A stretch of 11,884 nt of DNA from Caedimonas varicaedens (GTDB lineage Bacteria > Pseudomonadota > Alphaproteobacteria > Caedimonadales > Caedimonadaceae), in NCBI GenBank assembly GCA_001192655.1, contig BBVC01000031.1:1-11884 (forward strand), in the 5' to 3' direction. Below, one piece after another: positions 7,094-11,884 of the stretch. The notes beneath the pieces are model-generated. The model searched no databases. It saw only the letters and a list, made by a program, of their open reading frames with translations, and was not told where the DNA came from. Made by a program: the position numbers and the translations under genes. Each line of letters starts with the position of its first letter. Position 1 is the first letter of the stretch.

Positions 7094-7378
7094 TTATTGG
7101 TCTTTATTGTAAGCAATAATTTTATCCGTCAGCACTTCAAGGTAATCTATATGACAGATTCTCCCCATAAAAAGAAGTAATATCATTTCTATAATCAATA
7201 AAGAAAGAGAAGACCAGTCTTTTAAATGGGGAAAGATTAATAAATCAATAAAAAACAATGATAATAAAAAAAAGAAAAACAGAGTTTGGAGAAATTTAAT
7301 CCACACTCCATAGAGCAACTCCTTCAATGCGCTGCTATAATTTCTTAACGTAGACTCTTTTCTAAATTTGTTCATCAA
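7094..7378 (-). CDS. small two-TM membrane protein; candidate toxin partner (PanT-like) of the upstream Panacea gene
   Basis: Two hydrophobic helices (WIKFLQTLFFFFLLSLFFIDLLIF and LSLLIIEMILLLFMGRI) with polar, charged ends. The track start at 7378 is actually TTG; the first ATG is at 7375. It overlaps the 3' end of the 153-aa gene by 14-17 nt, suggesting translational coupling. Confidence 0.6.
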   Translation of the reverse strand: MMNKFRKESTLRNYSSALKELLYGVWIKFLQTLFFFFLLSLFFIDLLIFPHLKDWSSLSLLIIEMILLLFMGRICHIDYLEVLTDKIIAYNKDQ

Positions 7379-7823
7379 TAAAAAAATCTTTATATTCTTG
7401 AAGTATATCGCAATTGTTTATTTCAGCATGATATAAAGATCGGCGATAAGTCTTTTCCCAAGCACCATCCGCAAGATGTGTAAGAGCCACAAGATTATTT
7501 GTGCTGTAAGGGCGATATTTTCTGTAAACTTTTTCAATCAAGATAGACTCTTGCCCAGCGATAGGATCATCATTCGAAATTGTTTTAGTCCCATAAAATA
7601 CATTTAAAACAGGACGATTGGAAAAAATATTCGCCTTTTGATAAACCTCGGGATTTACAGGCCCATATTGCCAAGCTTCAAACGGCTCTTCTATTAAATA
7701 ATCATCGTTTTTACCGAGATGAAACATATGACAAAGATACATGAGTTTTTGCAAGCGTAAATTGCTTATGCTCCAATAACTTAATGAGCATAATTTCTTC
7801 GCCGCTTGAAATGCTGTAATCAT
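7362..7823 (-). CDS. Panacea (DUF4065) domain protein, PanA/SocA/GepA-type antitoxin
   Basis: SNLRLQKLMYLCHMFHLGKNDDYLIEEPFEAWQYGPVNPEVY matches the DUF4065 signature (LQKLLY...G.pL..e.FEAW.yGPV.p.vY). Its size (153 aa) and its position upstream of, and overlapping, a small gene fit the PanAT arrangement. Confidence 0.85.
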   Translation of the reverse strand: MITAFQAAKKLCSLSYWSISNLRLQKLMYLCHMFHLGKNDDYLIEEPFEAWQYGPVNPEVYQKANIFSNRPVLNVFYGTKTISNDDPIAGQESILIEKVYRKYRPYSTNNLVALTHLADGAWEKTYRRSLYHAEINNCDILQEYKDFFIDEQI

Positions 7824-8130
7824 CTTATCTACCTATCATTTACTCTTTCCCTTCCTTCCTCTATCCTTGCGCCACTTCTTCTCAAAGTCAATAGACACAG
7901 AAAGAGAATCATTTGTTCTTACCATTCTTGCCATTAATTTTATTTTTGCTTGTATCGTGATTAACCATTTGAGTTCTTACTGCTTTTATTTCTGTTTTAA
8001 CTGAATCAATCTTGCGTTCTGCGGGCAAATTCTCTGGCTCTGTCCCTGTATTTTTAATAACCATCTTGACATATGTTGGCAAATGGCGAAATAGGCGCAG
8101 ATCACAAGGCCTCTATTTTGAGCGGAATCG

Positions 8131-8237
8131 AATTTTACACAAATTTGGCACAAGCAACATCACTCTTTTTATCACAGAATCTAGGAATGCTGTACTCTTT
8201 TATGGGGTAAAATTTTACACAAATTTTACACAATTTG
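8131..8237 (+). repeat. direct repeats (TTTTACACAA core) in the integrase upstream region; possible operator or arm-type sites
   Basis: The exact 16-mer AATTTTACACAAATTT occurs at 8131-8146 and 8211-8226. A third core copy, TTTTACACAA at 8224-8233, lies in tandem 11 bp after the second. All end about 20 bp before the int SD (TAAGGAGG, 8252-8259). Confidence 0.6.
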
Positions 8238-8262
8238 CATAAAAGTCACAGTAAGGAGGAAA

Positions 8263-9438
8263 ATGATGCAACGAGTAATTTTGACACAATCTATGATCGA
8301 AAAAGCGAAGCCAAAGGCGCGTATTTTTTCTTTGAAAGATGCGAAAGTCCCAGGGCTTGAGTTTGTTACCAATCCACGAGGAACACAGTCTTGGTTTGTG
8401 AGAGCGTTTAAACAAAAAATACTTCTCGGAAGATATCCGTTTATGAGTCTAGAAGATGCCCGAAAAATGGCTCTTCAGGTATATGTTGATCTTCAAAAGG
8501 GCGTTGTTCCTCTGGTTAAGAAAAAAGAAGAAAAAAACAAAAATATTACAGTTAATCAACTGGTTGAAGAGTTTTTCCAATTTAGATCATCTGGCACTCA
8601 TGCCTTAGAAGAATCGACAATGAACGTCTATAAGAAAGCTTGGGTTGCCTTAGGTTCTGAAACCATTGGAAGCTTTCAAATCTCAGAATTAACAGACGTT
8701 ACGATTAATCAAGTTTGTCTGCCATTAATGGCAAAATATTCTCGAGTGAAGTGCTTACAGAATCTCATACATGTAGCGTTCCAATATGGCTTCAAAATGG
8801 GCTACCCTGTTGCCGTTTTGAATTCAGATAATTGGCTGAAAGGAAAGGGCGAAGGCAAAGAAAGATACTTTTATTCTGCTGACGTTCAGAAACTTGAAAC
8901 GCAAACTGATTTTGGGCTTCAAAAGGATTCCACTGATTCGTCAATTTTACATATTCTTATGTACACAGGTTGTCGAGTTACTGAGATTTTAGAGCTTCAA
9001 TGGAATGATATTTCTTTAGAAAACGGCTATTTCAAGCTTCGTAAAACAAAGACTAAAAAGCAACGAGTTGTTCCTATTTCTGGTGCGTTGCGTGAAATTT
9101 TTCTGAGATTACAAACCACTTCATCTACGGGATACGTTTTCAAATCCCTGAGAGATGCCAATGCTCCCTATAATTATTTTACGCTGATTCATTTTTGGCG
9201 TCTCATTATGAAGCAGGCTGGTTTTAATACAGATGGTGAAAAATTGACCATCCACAGCTTACGCCATACGTTTGTGACGGTTGGTAATCGGATCAAGGTT
9301 TCTCCCTTTACGTTGCAAGATTTAGTCGGTCATTCCCGTGGCCGCTCTGTCACGGCTGGATATATTCATCCCAATCTAGCGGAGCTTGCAGAAGCCCAGC
9401 AATCCATCATTTCAGCCATTCAGAGCGGGAGCTACTAA
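8263..9438 (+). CDS. int: tyrosine recombinase / phage integrase, P4-type with DUF4102 arm-binding N-terminus
   Basis: A perfect SD (TAAGGAGG) precedes ATGATG. N-terminus LKDAKVPGLEFVTNPRGTQSWFVRAF...LGRYPFMSLEDARKMA fits the DUF4102 pattern. Catalytic set present: R in YTGCRVTE, K in KLRKTKTKKQRVVPI, HSLRHT (H-x-x-R), GH in LVGHS, Y in TAGYIH. Confidence 0.95.
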   Translation: MMQRVILTQSMIEKAKPKARIFSLKDAKVPGLEFVTNPRGTQSWFVRAFKQKILLGRYPFMSLEDARKMALQVYVDLQKGVVPLVKKKEEKNKNITVNQLVEEFFQFRSSGTHALEESTMNVYKKAWVALGSETIGSFQISELTDVTINQVCLPLMAKYSRVKCLQNLIHVAFQYGFKMGYPVAVLNSDNWLKGKGEGKERYFYSADVQKLETQTDFGLQKDSTDSSILHILMYTGCRVTEILELQWNDISLENGYFKLRKTKTKKQRVVPISGALREIFLRLQTTSSTGYVFKSLRDANAPYNYFTLIHFWRLIMKQAGFNTDGEKLTIHSLRHTFVTVGNRIKVSPFTLQDLVGHSRGRSVTAGYIHPNLAELAEAQQSIISAIQSGSY

Positions 9439-11873
9439 TGATTCTGCCTGAAATCCGCTGGAGCTATTTTGAACACATTAGAGATAATAAGCCTACGCCT
9501 TATAAGACGGACTGGGCTTTGTTCTCCAGCAAATTCAGTCAGCATCAAACGGCTGTAGAAAAGCATACAGTGCCTGCTTTTTCCATGAACATCTATAAAG
9601 AGAAGACCACACGGAGCAATGAATCGGTTCATAGCATGTCAGGTGTTGTCCTTGATTTTGATGGGAAGAGCAAGGAAGCGGTGACACTTAAGAAAGCGGC
9701 TTCTGCCTTAAATGGTTATAGCTATGTGGGATACACGACTTTCTCTCATTCTGAAGAAGCTCCTCGATACCGCCTTGTGATTCCTTTTTATGAAGCTATA
9801 TCACCTGAAGATTATCGTGGTCGTTTCTTTCCTGTGTTGAAGGAATACCTGAAGCAAAAGCTTGGTTCTAACTTGGAAGAGCTGGACGAAGGATGCCCAA
9901 TTCCTTCCAAGATTTACGATATTCCTTGTGTTCGGGAAGGTATGACACCTGAATCGATTGTTAAAACAGGTGGCTTTTTACATCCTGAATTATTTATCAC
10001 GAAATACCATGTACAGCAGGCACTTCTTAACGTTTCTGCGGATTGTGGGTATCACGACTGGATTCAAGTTGGGATGGCGATTCATGCGGGATTGGGCGTT
10101 TCTGAAGGGTTCGAGCTATGGAACGAATGGTCGTCCACAGGAAGCAAATATGCAGGAGCGCGTGACCTCGCCCAATACTGGAAAAACTTCAAGGAAGACA
10201 AGGGTATTACGCTGGGAACGCTGTTCCATAAGGCAGATTATCACCCTGGGGAAACTTTAATTTCTCTTCATTCCGTAGTGACGGGCGTTGATTCCTCTCT
10301 GTCCGTTTCCGATCAAATCTTGCAGTTTTTAAAGGAAGTGGGTCAGCCTTGTCTTCCAAGAGAAATTGCTTTTGGGATTGGGAAGAAAACAGAGAAAGAG
10401 CAAAGCAACGTTCGGGTGGTTATTAAAAGGCTTTATGATCGCGGTGATCTTGCTCGTAATAGCACCCAGAACACTTATGAACTTTCTTTCACTAAGCGTT
10501 CAGAAGACCAAAAAACAGGTCAGCGTTACATCCAAGACGATCAAAAATCGGATAATGAGGGTGTAACGTTACATGAAAATAGGGGTGTAACACCTGTAAC
10601 GATACATGATTTTGACTCAAAAAATAGTCAAATGGGTGTAACGGAAGGCAAAACTGGTGTAACGGCAAAGCTCAATATGTGGTCAAATTTCCGCGAATAT
10701 GGAAAATTTAATATTTTAGATGTGTCTCATTTCCCGATTCTCGCAAGTATTTATTCTTTTTTTACTTCCAACTGCAAACCTTTCCTTCCCCACCTTGCGT
10801 TAGGTGCCACGATTAATTGTGCAGGTCATATGATGCGTCCGATTGGAATATGTCGCGGAAAGAGGACAAACTTTTACACACTTCTTATATGTCGCACAGG
10901 TGGTGGAAAAGAAACAGTCGCGCGAAACATTTTTAAATATATGGACTACCAAAAGCTGGGAGCTTACACGGCATCTAACTTTGTGAGTGTTCAGGGGTTT
11001 GAAAAGAAGATCACCCAAACCAATCCTCTTCTTATGATAACTGACGAAGCCGCGCAATGGTTCGGAGCTTTTAGCGGTCGGAACACGAGTGAACATTTTA
11101 AGAAGCTCAAGACAGCGTTGAAGCTCGTGTACTCGGGGGATCGGTATACGTGCCAGAATTCCAAGAGCGAAAATGGGGCTGTGATTGAAGAGCCTTTCTT
11201 AAATTCCTGTTTTTTAGGAACGCCTGCGATATTTCAGAATATTCGGGAAGACGATATTACGGATGGTCTCTTGGGTCGGATGCTGGTGTTCCATGATGTG
11301 AACAATAGCTGGGGTATTAGTGCGTACGATTTATCCAAAGCAGAAAGCTTTGTTCCTCCTGAACTCCTGAATATTAAAGCTCCGTCTAGTCTTTTTGAGC
11401 TTTATGAAAAGAACAATCGGTTTGACTTGCTTCACTTTTACGAAGGGCTTGTGAACAGTATGCCCCTTCCTGATACGTTGCCTGACAATTATGTGAAATT
11501 CTTGTTGGCGCGTATTCCTGAGAATTTCAACAAGCTTCTTCTTTTGACCATGAACGAGAAGGGAGAAGTGACGGACACAGGCGCACAGTGGGCGGCTTCT
11601 GTAGCGATTTATTGCTATGATACAGCTTGCGCCTTGCTGGAAGAGCATTTTGGTAAAACGTTCTTCTCGGACGCGCACCAGAAAATGTTTGATCTTATCA
11701 AATCAGCCAAAACCATTTCAAAAAGTCAGCTTCGCGCTTCTCATGCCATGAAGCGGTTAGACAAGCGTGTCTTTGAGGAAGCCTTGGACGCTCTGGCAGA
11801 AATGGGTGTCGTTGAGGTTATTCAACAGAATCCACCGAGTGGAGGTCGTCCAACAATCACCATTAATTTATAG
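9438..11873 (+). CDS. replicase: primase-like N-domain + PriCT-2 + winged-helix + DUF3987 (helicase-like) protein
   Basis: The ATG overlaps the int stop (TAATG), with GGGAG upstream. AEP-like motifs (VVLDFDG, TTFSHS, RYRLVIPF). PriCT-2-like DWIQVGMAIHAGLGVSEGFELWNEWSSTGSKY...YWKNF. Probable wHTH (ILQFLKEVGQPCLPREIAFGIGK...VIKRLYDRGDL). DUF3987-like C-half (TLLICRTGGGKETVARNIF, LLMITDEAAQWFG) and a terminal wHTH-like tail (MGVVEVIQQNPPSGGRPTITINL). Confidence 0.9.
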   Translation: MILPEIRWSYFEHIRDNKPTPYKTDWALFSSKFSQHQTAVEKHTVPAFSMNIYKEKTTRSNESVHSMSGVVLDFDGKSKEAVTLKKAASALNGYSYVGYTTFSHSEEAPRYRLVIPFYEAISPEDYRGRFFPVLKEYLKQKLGSNLEELDEGCPIPSKIYDIPCVREGMTPESIVKTGGFLHPELFITKYHVQQALLNVSADCGYHDWIQVGMAIHAGLGVSEGFELWNEWSSTGSKYAGARDLAQYWKNFKEDKGITLGTLFHKADYHPGETLISLHSVVTGVDSSLSVSDQILQFLKEVGQPCLPREIAFGIGKKTEKEQSNVRVVIKRLYDRGDLARNSTQNTYELSFTKRSEDQKTGQRYIQDDQKSDNEGVTLHENRGVTPVTIHDFDSKNSQMGVTEGKTGVTAKLNMWSNFREYGKFNILDVSHFPILASIYSFFTSNCKPFLPHLALGATINCAGHMMRPIGICRGKRTNFYTLLICRTGGGKETVARNIFKYMDYQKLGAYTASNFVSVQGFEKKITQTNPLLMITDEAAQWFGAFSGRNTSEHFKKLKTALKLVYSGDRYTCQNSKSENGAVIEEPFLNSCFLGTPAIFQNIREDDITDGLLGRMLVFHDVNNSWGISAYDLSKAESFVPPELLNIKAPSSLFELYEKNNRFDLLHFYEGLVNSMPLPDTLPDNYVKFLLARIPENFNKLLLLTMNEKGEVTDTGAQWAASVAIYCYDTACALLEEHFGKTFFSDAHQKMFDLIKSAKTISKSQLRASHAMKRLDKRVFEEALDALAEMGVVEVIQQNPPSGGRPTITINL
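10524..10665 (+). repeat. iteron cluster, putative origin of replication embedded in the replicase linker
   Basis: TGTAAC cores in direct orientation start at 10562, 10586, 10595, 10637 and 10658, mostly as GGTGTAACG. Inverted copies lie at 10524-10530 (CGTTACA) and 10568-10573, the latter making TGTAACGTTACA (10562-10573) a perfect palindrome. An AT-rich 7-bp inverted repeat TTTGACT/AGTCAAA (10611-10617 / 10626-10632) sits between the iteron groups. Confidence 0.55.
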
Positions 11874-11884
11874 CTAACAACATA

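Larger units (their letters stand above)
8263..11873 (+). mobile_element. core of an integrative, self-replicating element (P4/PICI-like int-rep module); boundaries not visible
   Basis: An integrase and a primase-helicase replicase are translationally coupled, with a candidate internal ori. No att repeats or tRNA can be identified inside the window, so the extent is unknown. Confidence 0.5.

Noticed and set aside
6814-7378. Reading the two-TM protein and the lipoprotein as a holin plus o-spanin lysis cassette.
   Set aside because: There is no endolysin or i-spanin gene in the neighbourhood. The gene overlapping the two-TM ORF is a Panacea-domain protein, which favours a toxin-antitoxin reading. 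This is kept only as an alternative hypothesis.
7909-8064. Hand-found 51-aa minus-strand ORF (MVIKNTGTEPENLPAERKIDSVKTEIKAVRTQMVNHDTSKNKINGKNGKNK) upstream of the Panacea gene. Also track ORFs 8012-8242 (+) and 8215-8415 (-).
   Set aside because: The 51-aa ORF has no SD and a K/N-rich low-complexity product, as expected by chance in AT-rich DNA. The other two overlap the int promoter/repeat region or the int 5' end and have no coding features. A small regulator cannot be excluded, but it is unsupported.
7824-8262. tRNA/tmRNA gene or att core next to the P4-type integrase.
   Set aside because: I scanned for T-arm-like GTTCGAATC/GTTCAAATC words and cloverleaf-compatible segments on both strands and found none. 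No sequence here is repeated elsewhere in the window as a candidate att partner. The element boundary is therefore not identifiable from this window.
9435-11678. Nested ORFs inside the replicase gene: 9435-9632 (-), 9958-10260 (+), 10366-10566 (+), 10800-11096 (-) and 11331-11678 (-).
   Set aside because: All are contained within the 811-aa ORF, which has multiple recognisable domains. They are shadow frames.

Overview
The window reads as bacterial accessory or mobile DNA, with Shine-Dalgarno-led genes and moderate to low GC. It has three blocks. (1) Minus strand, 444-5940: a self-contained operon of three tail-fibre-like genes (813, 215 and 638 aa) plus a 73-aa gene, closed by a strong terminator hairpin at 332-371. 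A further minus-strand gene runs off the left edge. All three fibre proteins share one short N-terminal-type module (LG[DT][DT]xQ ... NPxxPG ... QRP ... GM[IFM]R). The 813-aa protein has it twice, so the locus holds four copies. The 813-aa protein also carries about 16 YadA-head-like NxAIG repeats. The 638-aa protein ends in a Peptidase_S74-type intramolecular chaperone domain. No capsid, terminase, sheath, tube or baseplate gene is visible. (2) About 6350-7823: visibly AT-richer cargo. It holds a Panacea/DUF4065 (PanA-type antitoxin) gene overlapping a 94-aa two-TM protein (candidate toxin), a small His/Glu/Cys-rich lipoprotein, two small unknown ORFs and a bidirectional terminator. (3) Plus strand, 8263-11873: a P4-type (DUF4102-arm) tyrosine integrase whose stop overlaps (TAATG) the start of an 811-aa primase / PriCT-2 / DUF3987 helicase-like replicase. 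Five direct and two inverted copies of (G)GTGTAAC(G) flank an AT-rich palindrome in the inter-domain linker of that replicase. I read this as an origin of replication embedded in its own initiator gene. Most interesting hypotheses: a satellite/PICI-like int-rep element physically coupled to an orphan fibre (host-range) operon and a PanAT-like cargo module, the embedded ori, and the modular, repeatedly duplicated fibre adaptor motif. All family assignments are by-eye motif recognition. No searches were run.
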